Assembly (NCBI GenBank): GCA_965205975.1 | Contig: OZ242195.1 | Coordinates: forward strand, 3,104,001-3,168,000 | Direction: 5' to 3' | Source: Candidatus Latescibacterota bacterium | Lineage (GTDB): Bacteria > Latescibacterota > UBA2968 | DNA length: 64,000 bases | Shown here: positions 49,318 through 58,702 of the stretch, one piece after another | Numbering within the stretch: position 1 is the first letter of the stretch | Layout: the number at the start of each line of letters is the position of its first letter | Position numbers and translations under genes: made by a program | Notes under the pieces: model-generated | Database searches by the model: none | Seen by the model: only the letters and a program-made list of their open reading frames with translations | What the model was told of the DNA's origin: nothing

Positions 49318-49399
49318 TCCGCAGATGGACGCAGATGAAAGGCGGATGAAAGGCAAAAGAGGGGCTGGAGGCTGGGGCTAACCGCTAACAGGAGAAATC

Positions 49400-49864
49400 A
49401 TGACCATCATCGCTGCAATGGACAAAAACCGCGTCATTGGTCGGGACAACAAAATGCCCTGGCACATCTCTGAAGAATCGAAGCACTTTCGGCGCACAAC
49501 AACCGGACATACCTTATTGGTAGGGCGCAAAACATATCAATCCTGGGGTGGCAAACCCCTGCCGGACCGCCTGCATGTCATTGTAAGCCGAACCATGCCC
49601 GACACAAAAGGCGTAGATGTATGCAGATCGCTCGAAGAAGCCATTGAAAAGGCTAAATCCTATGGCCGCAAAGTATTCATCTGCGGCGGCGGCCAAATTT
49701 ATCGCGCCACGCTATCAAAAGCAGATCGGATGATCCTATCATATATCGACGCAGAATACCCAGGCGATGAATACTTCCCCGAATTTGACGAAGATGAATG
49801 GATCATTTTAAAAAAAAAGGTGTATGATCAATTCACAGTCGTATATTATGAACGCGGAGAATAA
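49400..49864 (+). CDS. folA: Dihydrofolate reductase
   Basis: RVIGRDNKMPW, GRKTY, PLPDR, ICGGGQIY, GDEYFP. Confidence 0.93.
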   Translation: MTIIAAMDKNRVIGRDNKMPWHISEESKHFRRTTTGHTLLVGRKTYQSWGGKPLPDRLHVIVSRTMPDTKGVDVCRSLEEAIEKAKSYGRKVFICGGGQIYRATLSKADRMILSYIDAEYPGDEYFPEFDEDEWIILKKKVYDQFTVVYYERGE

Positions 49865-49928
49865 GGTCTTCTTTGGGTTTCTGTAGGCGTTTGAGCAGAG
49901 GACAAGCATATTTATCTGGAGAATTGAT

Positions 49929-51173
49929 ATGCTCAGCGAACGAGAAATTCTGGAAAAAATTGAATCGGGAGAAAGCTCCGGCGTTGAGTTCAAAGAAGTC
50001 AAACTTGTTGGCGGACAATTTAGACCACATCGGAATGGGCTGTCCGATGAGTTCGCTGCATTTGCGAATCAGCAAGGGGGAGTCGTGATTTTCGGCGTTT
50101 CCGATAATCGGGAAATCCTCGGTATCGATATCGAAAATGTCCCGAGACTGATTCATTTTATTACGGAGATATGCCACGACCTGATAGAACCTCCTCTCGT
50201 AGATTATTTCGTAGATAGTATCCGGGTTCCCGATGAGGCGGGGGAACAAAAAACACTGGTTTATATCAATATTGCGCGGAGTTTGTGGGCACACCAGAGC
50301 AGCAACGGATTCTTTTTGCGACAAGGGGATACCAGACGCAAAATGACGACAGAGCAATTGGGCAGATTGCTACAAGCTCGCTCACAAGCGCGTATTATCT
50401 CTTTTGACGAACAGTTTGTGCCGAATACGAATAAAGACACACTAAGGCGAGAACTCTATCAGCGATTTATCCCCAAAGGCTTCCCCGATCAGGAAGTCGA
50501 AGATCTGCTTAAAAGGCGTTTGCTCGTGAAAGAAGGGGGAGAATACCGCGCATCAGTCGCCGGTGTGTTAATGTGCCATGATAATCCCGATGAGTATCTC
50601 TACAACAGTTTCATCCAAGCTGTTTTTTATCGGGGAATGAAAAAAGATGCGAACTACCAGATTGATGCCAAAGATTTTACGGGGCCTTTGGACCAACAGA
50701 TCATAGACGCCTTCAAATTTGTCGAAAAATTCAATGAGGTATCGGCGCGCAAAGACATTGGCAGAATTGAACGACCACAATACAACATGCGAGCCGTTTT
50801 TGAAGCCCTGGTGAACGCCGTTGTACACAGAGATTATTCAAAAACCGGCTCGAAAATTCGTTTGTTCATGTTTTCAGACAGGCTCGAACTCTATTCGCCT
50901 GGCGCGTTGGCAAACACCGTAACCGTGGAAAATTTGCGCTATGCACAAGCCACCCGCAATGAATTGCTCGCCCGCTTGCTCTCGGAAATCACCTTGCATG
51001 ACACAATGAGCAGACAAGTAATCCGACGACACTTTTTAGAGCGACGAGGCGAAGGCGTAGGCATCATCTTAAACGAAAGCGAGACCCTCAGCGGTCAAAC
51101 GCCTGTTTATGAATTGTTCGGCGAAGAATTGCGCTTGACGATCTTTGCCGCTAAATCTCTACAAGAAGTGTAG
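49929..51173 (+). CDS. AlbA_2 (Schlafen-like) + HATPase_c_4 domain protein
   Basis: GESSGVEFKE, AAFANQQGGVVIFGVSD, EALVNAVVHRDY, SPG, ERRGEG. Confidence 0.88.
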   Translation: MLSEREILEKIESGESSGVEFKEVKLVGGQFRPHRNGLSDEFAAFANQQGGVVIFGVSDNREILGIDIENVPRLIHFITEICHDLIEPPLVDYFVDSIRVPDEAGEQKTLVYINIARSLWAHQSSNGFFLRQGDTRRKMTTEQLGRLLQARSQARIISFDEQFVPNTNKDTLRRELYQRFIPKGFPDQEVEDLLKRRLLVKEGGEYRASVAGVLMCHDNPDEYLYNSFIQAVFYRGMKKDANYQIDAKDFTGPLDQQIIDAFKFVEKFNEVSARKDIGRIERPQYNMRAVFEALVNAVVHRDYSKTGSKIRLFMFSDRLELYSPGALANTVTVENLRYAQATRNELLARLLSEITLHDTMSRQVIRRHFLERRGEGVGIILNESETLSGQTPVYELFGEELRLTIFAAKSLQEV

Positions 51174-51281
51174 GCATTGTCATTTCGGAAAAATTTAAGA
51201 TCGGCAACTCCCTTCTTCCCACTATTCCAATCTCTTACTTCTCCCCCTTTTATTATTATATTTTTTCCACTGGGGGTCTTC

Positions 51282-52121
51282 ATGCACACATATCTCGACC
51301 AACTGCAACACGTATTGGACCACGGCGTAAAAAAGGGTGACCGCACGGGAGTGGGCACAATCTCGTGTTTTGGCCTGCATGCGCGCTATGCAATGGCAGA
51401 CGGATTTCCCGCAGTAACAACCAAGCGACTGGTGTGGAAATCGTTGCTATCGGAACTCCTGTGGTTTATATCCGGATCCGACAACATCTACGACTTAAAA
51501 ACCTATTTGAAAAGCAATCGGCTGTGGGATGGCAATTACGAAGATTATTTGAACCGCCTGGGGATAGATAAAAACGACGGCAGCATGGGACGTATTTACG
51601 GTGTACAGTGGCGGCGATGGAAAGGCGCCAACGGGAAAGTAGTAGATCAGCTTCAAAATGCGATTGATTTAATCCGAGAAAACCCCGAATCCCGGCGCAT
51701 CATGGTCAATGCCTGGAACGCAGCGGAAATAGGCACTCGGGACGTGGCCCTACCCCCGTGTCACAGCTTCTTCCAATTCTACGTCGCAGAAGGTAAATTA
51801 TCTCTACAAATGTACCAACGATCGTGCGACATGTTCCTGGGCGTACCCCTCAACATCGCATCCTATTCCGTATTATTGCACCTGGTCGCAAAAATTACGG
51901 GCCTCGTACCCCATGAATTTATCCACGTCCTGGGCGACGCGCACATCTACTTAAACCACCTCGACGCAGTAAAAGAACAACTATCTCGGGAGCCATATTC
52001 CCTGCCTAAATTGCGGATAAAAGATCGCGGACAAACCGAAATCGACCATTTTGCAATGGACGACTTTGAACTCATCAATTACCAGCACCACGACACCATC
52101 CGCGCGGAAATGGCTGTTTAA
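51282..52121 (+). CDS. thyA: Thymidylate synthase
   Basis: DRTGVGT, ELLWF, YGVQWR, LPPCH, YQRSCDMFLGVPLN, GDAHIY. Confidence 0.97.
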   Translation: MHTYLDQLQHVLDHGVKKGDRTGVGTISCFGLHARYAMADGFPAVTTKRLVWKSLLSELLWFISGSDNIYDLKTYLKSNRLWDGNYEDYLNRLGIDKNDGSMGRIYGVQWRRWKGANGKVVDQLQNAIDLIRENPESRRIMVNAWNAAEIGTRDVALPPCHSFFQFYVAEGKLSLQMYQRSCDMFLGVPLNIASYSVLLHLVAKITGLVPHEFIHVLGDAHIYLNHLDAVKEQLSREPYSLPKLRIKDRGQTEIDHFAMDDFELINYQHHDTIRAEMAV

Positions 52122-52133
52122 GATGGCCATCCA

Positions 52134-52271
52134 TCATTCTCTTTTATCGCGTATTGCGCGGATCATCTGCCACAAAATACATCCAATGCCGACCAAAATA
52201 AAAACGGACGTGAGAACCAGGAAAATCTGGAAGCCTAAAGGCAGGTTTTCAAATGGAATGATCGGATGCAT
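52134..52271 (-). CDS. 45-aa single-TM small protein (not in ORF track)
   Basis: My translation: MHPIIPFENLPLGFQIFLVLTSVFILVGIGCILWQMIRAIRDKRE*. Confidence 0.55.
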   Translation of the reverse strand: MHPIIPFENLPLGFQIFLVLTSVFILVGIGCILWQMIRAIRDKRE

Positions 52272-52331
52272 GATAGGTAAACCAGTTATTATCACTTTTG
52301 CCGAGTGTTGCCTGAATAGGACGCGAATATC

Positions 52332-53045
52332 GTGAACACATTACTCTTAATTTGTGCTGAAAGTAAAATACAAGTTTCTCGCCAGTTTATCAACGCGGCA
52401 ACCGACGCCAAAATCGCCGATCAGGTAGTAGCCACTTCCTTTGATAAACTGGAAGAAAGCGTGCGTACCGCTGAAGAAAACGATCAAATTCTCATCTTCC
52501 CCGCACTGATCGCCCTGCCCGATGCAATGCGCGAAAACTTATTGCAACGCATCGCATCTCTCCAAAATGAAAACCCGCAAATACGCATCCTCCTCACCAA
52601 CCCATTGGGCGGTGATCCCCGCTTATTCGACATGATCCGGGACCGCATGGCAGCCGCGCTGAAAAGCACCCAAAACACACCCATATTGACAATAGAAACA
52701 CCGAATGCCTCTCGAACTCTCGACTTTGAAAATTTCGCCACACTACCAAATCAGATCGCAGATATAAGTACACTCGTCCCCGACCGTCAGGGACAGGGCG
52801 TTTGGGTACGCGAAGTACTGGACCAAACACCCAATGCCGACGCAATCTTTTACGCAGACGCCGACCGTTTCTCAGCCACCGTTGATCTCGCCCTCGTCCG
52901 GGAGCAAGGATTGTTAATCTACGGACTGGAAGGACAACCCCTGCCCGCCAGCTATGGCGGACCCCTACGACTGATCATACCCGGACACGACGACCGCTGT
53001 GCAAATGTAAAAGGCGTAGCGCGGGTCGAAATCGTTTTGCGATAA
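52332..53045 (+). CDS. CbiX/SirB-like domain fused to a molybdopterin-oxidoreductase-like domain
   Basis: ILIFP...NPQIRILLTNPLGGDPRL resembles CbiX; GQPLPASYGGPLRLIIPG...ANVKGVARVE resembles Oxidored_molyb. Confidence 0.6.
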   Translation: MNTLLLICAESKIQVSRQFINAATDAKIADQVVATSFDKLEESVRTAEENDQILIFPALIALPDAMRENLLQRIASLQNENPQIRILLTNPLGGDPRLFDMIRDRMAAALKSTQNTPILTIETPNASRTLDFENFATLPNQIADISTLVPDRQGQGVWVREVLDQTPNADAIFYADADRFSATVDLALVREQGLLIYGLEGQPLPASYGGPLRLIIPGHDDRCANVKGVARVEIVLR

Positions 53046-53091
53046 AAAAAACAGGCGTCAACCCGCCATTTTCACCAGGAGAAAACACACC

Positions 53092-53982
53092 ATGTCATTG
53101 ACACAAAATCAAATTGACCAGTATCGCGATCGGGGATTTTTGATTGCGGAAAATGTATTGGATGATTCAGCCTTTGAACCGATTGAACACGCTTATGACG
53201 TATTGATCAATCAAAAGGCACAAGAACTATTGGAAGAAGGGGCGATCTCATCCGTACATGCAGACAAGTCCTTCAGCCATCGCTTAGCCGCGATTGCACG
53301 GGAATTAGACGATGAAGGATATGACGCACTGCGCAGTTTTGCGGGTGGATTCGACATCATGCGCGCGCGTGTGAAACCGATGTTCGACATCTTCTTCAAC
53401 GAACAATTATTATCCGCCGTTGAAAGCCTCATAGGACCAGAAATAACCCTGAGCCCCATTCAGCATTTTCGCCCCTACTTGCCCGCGCGCGAAACACAAC
53501 CCGGACAGGTACCCTGGCATCAGGACCAGGGCGTAACAAAAGAAGAAGCGGACATCTCGGAAATCATAACCTGCTGGATACCACTCGTAGATGTCACCCC
53601 AGAACGCGGATGCTTACAAGTATTGCCGGGCGTAGTACCCATGGGACTGCTCGAACACCAGCGCGAAGGCGGCACCATGATCAAACCCATGTACATGCCG
53701 GAAATTGAACCTGTAAACTGCATCATGAAACGCGGCGACGTACTCATGATGAGTGCGTACACCCCGCACAGAGGCCAGCCAAACCGCACAAATATCGTGC
53801 GCTGGAGCATGGACCTGCGATTCCAAAAAACGGGCACACCTACAGGACGCCCATTCTGGCCCGAATTTATCGTCCAGAGCAAAGAAAACCCCGCATCTGT
53901 ACAAAACAGCTTTGACGAATGGTGTACGCGGTGGATAACAGACATGCGAGAGAGCAAGGGAACCCATCTACACCGGGTGTGA
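53092..53982 (+). CDS. Phytanoyl-CoA dioxygenase family protein
   Basis: VPWHQD, TCWIPLVD, GCLQVLPG, GDVL...PHRG..N....RWSMDLR. Confidence 0.92.
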   Translation: MSLTQNQIDQYRDRGFLIAENVLDDSAFEPIEHAYDVLINQKAQELLEEGAISSVHADKSFSHRLAAIARELDDEGYDALRSFAGGFDIMRARVKPMFDIFFNEQLLSAVESLIGPEITLSPIQHFRPYLPARETQPGQVPWHQDQGVTKEEADISEIITCWIPLVDVTPERGCLQVLPGVVPMGLLEHQREGGTMIKPMYMPEIEPVNCIMKRGDVLMMSAYTPHRGQPNRTNIVRWSMDLRFQKTGTPTGRPFWPEFIVQSKENPASVQNSFDEWCTRWITDMRESKGTHLHRV

Positions 53983-53990
53983 CGCCCCCC

Positions 53991-54794
53991 TCATTCAAAC
54001 GGGATATCATCCGCATTAAAAACCTGCGTGCGTTTCATCATGCGGCGTTCCGATGGAGAAAAGGGTTCGCGGCGATGCATCGTGGGGCGATTGTCCCACA
54101 TCACAAGATCGCCAACCTGCCAGATGTGAGTCCATAAAAACTCGGGACGGGCGGCGTGCTCAAAAAGCGCCTTGAGAAGCGCGTCGCTCTCATCGGTGGG
54201 TATATCGAGAACATATTTGGTCAGATGGGGACCGGCATAAAGCGACTTGCGCCCGGTTTCTGGATGGGTGCGCACGACCGGATGGTCAACGCGCTCGGGT
54301 GGGTTTTGTTCCTCAACATAATGGCGATGTACGGCTCGCAATCCCGTGAGCCGTTTTTTCATATCATCATCTAACGCTTGATATGCGGCATAACAATTGC
54401 ACCACTGGGTATTGCCCCCTGCACTGGGAATCTCAAGCGCATAAAGAACGGAAATCGTGCCCGGGCGCTTGAGATACGACAAATCGGAGTGAAAGCTAAC
54501 CTCCCCATCGCCCAAAGCACCGATGGGCTGGCCGTTCTCCTCGATATTGGAAACAATAAAAATCTCTTTGTGTTCGCGGTCGAGCTGTTTGCGAACGTGT
54601 TCGACTGCGCGACCAAAATAATTGGTAAAACGAATCTGATCTTCCTCACTCAAATCCTGATCGCGAAAATACACCACACAGTAATCGAGCAATGCCTGAC
54701 GAATAGCCTGGACAATATCATCATCGAGTCCCTGCGAAAGATCAAGCCCCCGAATTTCAGCGCCCAGTGCGCCGCCAGAAGGTATAACTTGCAT
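53991..54794 (-). CDS. TauD/TfdA family dioxygenase
   Basis: LGAEIRGLDL, FHSD, HPVVRTHPETGRK, WDNRPTMHRR; start placed at ATG 54794. Confidence 0.93.
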   Translation of the reverse strand: MQVIPSGGALGAEIRGLDLSQGLDDDIVQAIRQALLDYCVVYFRDQDLSEEDQIRFTNYFGRAVEHVRKQLDREHKEIFIVSNIEENGQPIGALGDGEVSFHSDLSYLKRPGTISVLYALEIPSAGGNTQWCNCYAAYQALDDDMKKRLTGLRAVHRHYVEEQNPPERVDHPVVRTHPETGRKSLYAGPHLTKYVLDIPTDESDALLKALFEHAARPEFLWTHIWQVGDLVMWDNRPTMHRREPFSPSERRMMKRTQVFNADDIPFE

Positions 54795-54807
54795 AGTTTG
54801 TACCACC

Positions 54808-55638
54808 TCATCTATCCGGCCATTTATATGCGACCTTTGCATTCTTCCAAAAATACTTCTCCAATACTGCATCACCCTTCTGAGAAAAATAATCATACAC
54901 AAGGCGTTGCGCCTCAGCCGGGGTGCGCTTGCTGCGTTCGAGAACAGGCCAATCACTCCCGTAAATCACGCGATCTTCACCAAAAAGCTGCCAGAGCGCG
55001 TCGAGTAAATACACATAAAAATCGGGATCTGTGGGCGCCGGAATAACCTGACAGCGCAAATCCATCAGACCCGACACCTTACAAAAAATATTGGGCTGTT
55101 CGGCGGCTTTTTGCATAAGCTCCAAACGCTCGGGTGCGATGGGCTTGCCATCTGCCGGAACATTGCCGCAGTGATTGATCACAATGCGGAGATCGGGCAG
55201 CCGACGCGCGATTTCGATAACCGCCTCATTGACCCCCGAATCGAGTTCGAGATCGCGTTCGACGAGCTTCTCAAAAGCACCTGCCATCTCGCCCAAATCT
55301 TCGCGCTCCCAGGGATGAGTGCGCGGGCGAATCCCCAAAAAGAGCGGATTGGGAGATAGGCGATTGAGATGATCGCCAAAATCCTCAGCGCGCGGATCGA
55401 GATTGCCAACCAGCCCCACGATAAACGGATCATCCTCAATCACATCGAGCACCCATTGGTTGTCTTCGACCCATGTACTCGCCTCGACAATAATAGCCCC
55501 CGTAACCCCTTCAGACGCGACCAGCGCTCTGTAGTCTTCGGGCATAACGCGGCGATAAATCTCGTCATCCGGCTCGGGAAAAGGCACACCCTCTGGACGA
55601 GTGGGATCGTAAATATGGATATGCGTATCAATAATCAT
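54808..55638 (-). CDS. Amidohydrolase_2 family protein
   Basis: IIDTHIH, VINHCG, CKVSG, YGSDWP. Confidence 0.92.
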   Translation of the reverse strand: MIIDTHIHIYDPTRPEGVPFPEPDDEIYRRVMPEDYRALVASEGVTGAIIVEASTWVEDNQWVLDVIEDDPFIVGLVGNLDPRAEDFGDHLNRLSPNPLFLGIRPRTHPWEREDLGEMAGAFEKLVERDLELDSGVNEAVIEIARRLPDLRIVINHCGNVPADGKPIAPERLELMQKAAEQPNIFCKVSGLMDLRCQVIPAPTDPDFYVYLLDALWQLFGEDRVIYGSDWPVLERSKRTPAEAQRLVYDYFSQKGDAVLEKYFWKNAKVAYKWPDR

Positions 55639-55649
55639 TCATCACTCCT

Positions 55650-56531
55650 CTATAATGCTACTTCATCTATGTCCATATGCTCGCGCAACCGCCCGAGCGC
55701 GCGGTCTTTGAGCTGGCGCACGCGCTCGCGGCTAATGTGAAAACGCTTGCCCACTTGCTCCAGCGATTCCGCGTTGTCAACATCCAGGCCAAAATAGCGG
55801 TTGATAATCTCGGCTTCGCGCTCGGGCAAATCGGCCAGACCCTTGTGCAAAAGATCGCGCAATCGGCTGGCATGCACATCCTCATCTGGCAGGGGCGCAT
55901 CGTCGGGAACAACATCGGCAAACTGACGGTCACCATCTTCATATACTGGCCTGTCGAGTGAGACAGACGCCAGGCTCGTTTGAAGTGCCTTGCGCACCCG
56001 TCGAGTTGAAAAATCGGTTTCCGAAGCCAACTCGTCAATCGTGGGAACGCGACCATATGTTTGTGAAAGTGCGGCAGACACTTTGTTGAGCACATCGCGA
56101 TCATCTATTTGATTGACCGGAAACGCAATCGGATGCGTCTGCCGATTGAGAGCAGAGAGCATGGCCTGGCGAATCCACCACACTGCATAAGTGATAAACT
56201 TGTACCCGCGCTCGGGATCATAGGTTTGGGTAGCGCGTATAAGACCCATATTGCCCTCGGCAATAAGATCGGAAAGAGGCAACCCACGCCCCGTGTATTC
56301 ACCAGCCACGCGCACAACAAAACGCAAATTGGCTGTAATGAGATGATTCAGCGCCTTTTGGTCGCCCTTGCGCGCGGCATTTATGGCTTTGACCTCATCT
56401 TCGCGGGAAAGAGGTGTGTATTTGCGAATATCGCGCAAATAAAGATCTGTAAGCTGTGCTTGCGAAGAATCATCCAAAGGGGAATCGCTTCCCGTTAAGG
56501 AATCTACTGATTTTTTTTGTTCTTTTTTCAT
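55650..56531 (-). CDS. RpoD/RpoS-family alternative sigma-70 factor (no region 1.1)
   Basis: ANLRFVV, DLIAEGNMGL, KFITYAVWWIRQ, SRERVRQL; ATG 56531 overlaps the MerR stop. Confidence 0.92.
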   Translation of the reverse strand: MKKEQKKSVDSLTGSDSPLDDSSQAQLTDLYLRDIRKYTPLSREDEVKAINAARKGDQKALNHLITANLRFVVRVAGEYTGRGLPLSDLIAEGNMGLIRATQTYDPERGYKFITYAVWWIRQAMLSALNRQTHPIAFPVNQIDDRDVLNKVSAALSQTYGRVPTIDELASETDFSTRRVRKALQTSLASVSLDRPVYEDGDRQFADVVPDDAPLPDEDVHASRLRDLLHKGLADLPEREAEIINRYFGLDVDNAESLEQVGKRFHISRERVRQLKDRALGRLREHMDIDEVAL

Positions 56532-57010
56532 AGCTTTAATTCCAGTGTCTCGGCAGTTGATGGGGAATGAAAAAATGGTACGGACTGACACGTCGGTTGG
56601 TTGAGCGTTTGACACGCTGGACAGAGACGCTCTTCAACTCTGAGATCACAGGGCAAACACGCGCAGATACTGGCTATGGTTTGGGTCAGCGTTTTGCGTA
56701 TATGCTTGTAGTGTTCAATCTGTTCTTCGACTTCTTTAAGCCTGTCATTGAGATCTTCGAGAATATCATGCGCGAGTTCACCTGCAGTTTTATTTTGCTC
56801 GCGTTTGTCAATAATGACCTTGATATGTTCGAGATCAAATTCCATCTCTTTCAGACTCAAAATCATGCGCAACCGCGCAAGTTGCTCGTGGGAATAACAT
56901 CGAAAACCACCGCTACTTCGACATTCGGGATATATCAGACCCATCTCTTCGTAATAGCGCACTGTGCGGGTGGTCGTACCGGCTTCTTTCGCCAATTTCC
57001 CAATATGCAT
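56528..57010 (-). CDS. MerR-family regulator with a Cys-rich C-terminus
   Basis: IGKLAKEAGTTTRTVRYYEEMGLI; C-terminal CACLPC...CPAC......C. Confidence 0.9.
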   Translation of the reverse strand: MHIGKLAKEAGTTTRTVRYYEEMGLIYPECRSSGGFRCYSHEQLARLRMILSLKEMEFDLEHIKVIIDKREQNKTAGELAHDILEDLNDRLKEVEEQIEHYKHIRKTLTQTIASICACLPCDLRVEERLCPACQTLNQPTCQSVPFFHSPSTAETLELKL

Positions 57011-57069
57011 CAAACCATCATTGCATTTTGACACGACAAAACACCTCGTTTTTATGAGCGAAACAGACA

Positions 57070-57158
57070 AACTTTTACGTAACGTTAAAGTTGGGCGAAA
57101 AAATATACCTCAACACAACATCAATGTCAACGAAAAACTTTGACGTTACGTTAAGGTT
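57070..57158. promoter_or_regulatory. Two MerR-type palindromic operators
   Basis: AACTTTTACGTAACGTTAAAGTT (57070-57092) and AACTTTGACGTTACGTTAAGGTT (57136-57158), both upstream of merR. Confidence 0.7.
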
Positions 57159-57201
57159 TGGCAATCATCCATCAGCCCGTCCTGCTTCCGCCCCTTAATT
57201 C

Positions 57202-58377
57202 TCAATGGTGGAACAAACGCACCCCGGTCATAACCAGAAGCATACCGTATTCATCGCAGGCTGCGATAACATCGTCGTCGCGCACCGAACCTCCGGTCTC
57301 AACCACGTATTTGACACCTGTGCGAGCGGCGCGATCAATATTATCTCGAAAAGGGATAAACGCATCGGAACTGAGCACAATATTGTCCATCTGTCCAATC
57401 CACTCTCGTCGCACGCCCTCCTCCAAAGGAGAAGGCACAGTATCGAAACAGGCTTCCCAAACCCGACATTCCTCATCGGTCATATTGCCGCGCAAATAAG
57501 CTTCAATAGCATTGATCTTTTCAGGGCGTCTCAGACCTCTTCTAAATTTGAAATTGAGAATATCCGGATGCTGGCGCAAATACCACGCTTCGGCCTTACC
57601 CGCGGCAATATCCGTACATGCCAGACGATTTTGCTGCCCGGCACCATTGCCGATAACCTGTCCATCAAAGGCAAAACACATCGAATTGGATTGCGTGTAC
57701 TTCAGAGCAATAGTCGCCAGGAGCATATCGCGCTGTGCTTCGGGCGAAATCTCTTTATTCTTTGTCACAATATTCGTTAAAATGTCTGTGTTAATAGCTT
57801 TGGTATTGCGCGTCTGTTCCAGAACAACACCGAAAACATCGCGAGACTCCGGACCGGCAGGCGCGTACGATTCATCCATCTGGAGAATGACATAACTACC
57901 GCCCTTTTTCTTTTTTAAAATATCGAACGCCTCTGGTTGATACCCCGGCGCAATAATGCCATCGGACACTTCGCGGCTGAGCAAACGCGCAGTCGATTGA
58001 TCCACCTCATCACTCAAAGCCACCCAATCGCCAAAAGAAGAGAGCCTATCCGCACCCCGAGCGCGGGCATAAGCCGTAGCCAGAGGCGAAAGATCGAGAT
58101 CATCGACAAAATACGCCCTTTGCAAAGCGTCAGACATGGGAACCGCAACAGCCGCACCAGCGGGGCTTAAGTGCTTAAAAGAGGCAGCTACTGGCAGACT
58201 GAGCGCCTCTTTAAGCTCGCGCACGAGTTGCCAGGAATTGAGCGCATCGAGCAGATTGATATAACCCGGCGCGCCATTGAGCACTGTGAAGGGCAATTTG
58301 CCGCTGGGAGAATACGCACGCGCATCAGATTGATGCGGGTTGCAACCATAACGAAGAATCAGTCCATCTTGAGACAT
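57202..58377 (-). CDS. purH: AICAR transformylase, short PurH lacking the N-terminal IMP cyclohydrolase domain
   Basis: LRYGCNPHQ, SFKHLSPAG, KYTQSNS, GAGQQNR, SSDAFIPFRD, RLFHH; 391 aa. Confidence 0.93.
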   Translation of the reverse strand: MSQDGLILRYGCNPHQSDARAYSPSGKLPFTVLNGAPGYINLLDALNSWQLVRELKEALSLPVAASFKHLSPAGAAVAVPMSDALQRAYFVDDLDLSPLATAYARARGADRLSSFGDWVALSDEVDQSTARLLSREVSDGIIAPGYQPEAFDILKKKKGGSYVILQMDESYAPAGPESRDVFGVVLEQTRNTKAINTDILTNIVTKNKEISPEAQRDMLLATIALKYTQSNSMCFAFDGQVIGNGAGQQNRLACTDIAAGKAEAWYLRQHPDILNFKFRRGLRRPEKINAIEAYLRGNMTDEECRVWEACFDTVPSPLEEGVRREWIGQMDNIVLSSDAFIPFRDNIDRAARTGVKYVVETGGSVRDDDVIAACDEYGMLLVMTGVRLFHH

Positions 58378-58396
58378 AAGACAATCCTTTTAAAAA

Positions 58397-58428
58397 TAAA
58401 AAAAGCCCAATCCTCTAATGGATTGAGC
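58397..58428 (-). terminator. Riboswitch expression-platform terminator
   Basis: GCTCAATCC-ATTAGA-GGATTGGGC-TTTTTTT, overlapping the 3' end of the aptamer. Confidence 0.85.
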
Positions 58429-58506
58429 CCAGGCGATCGACCCTTTGAATATTTGTTCTAACGCTCCCCTCCGGTCATTTCCGGATATTCGCCAGTTGCG
58501 TCAGAT
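58427..58506 (-). ncRNA. ZMP/ZTP (pfl) riboswitch
   Basis: Minus strand reads TCTGACGCAACTGGCGAA..CCGG..CCGG.GGGGAGCGTTAGA...GTCGATCGCCTGGGC, matching the ZTP consensus, upstream of purH. Confidence 0.92.
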
Positions 58507-58702
58507 ACTATTGGTAAAACCAATATAACGGGGAGCAACATATATGTCAACAGTCATCAACTCTGTCCTCTGTCAGCACCCGATACAATTTCCGTTTCAA
58601 TATGACGCAAACACTGATAGGTTTCAAGACGCTGGATCATGTGGGACTCCTGTATTAAGTTAGGAGCATATTACATGACAGAAAGAGAGGCGTCAAGAGC
58701 AA

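Noticed and set aside
58557..58640. 27-aa minus-strand ORF with an AGGAG RBS upstream of the ZTP riboswitch
   Set aside because: Too short and no recognisable motif; could be a gene fragment. Not supportable without conservation data.
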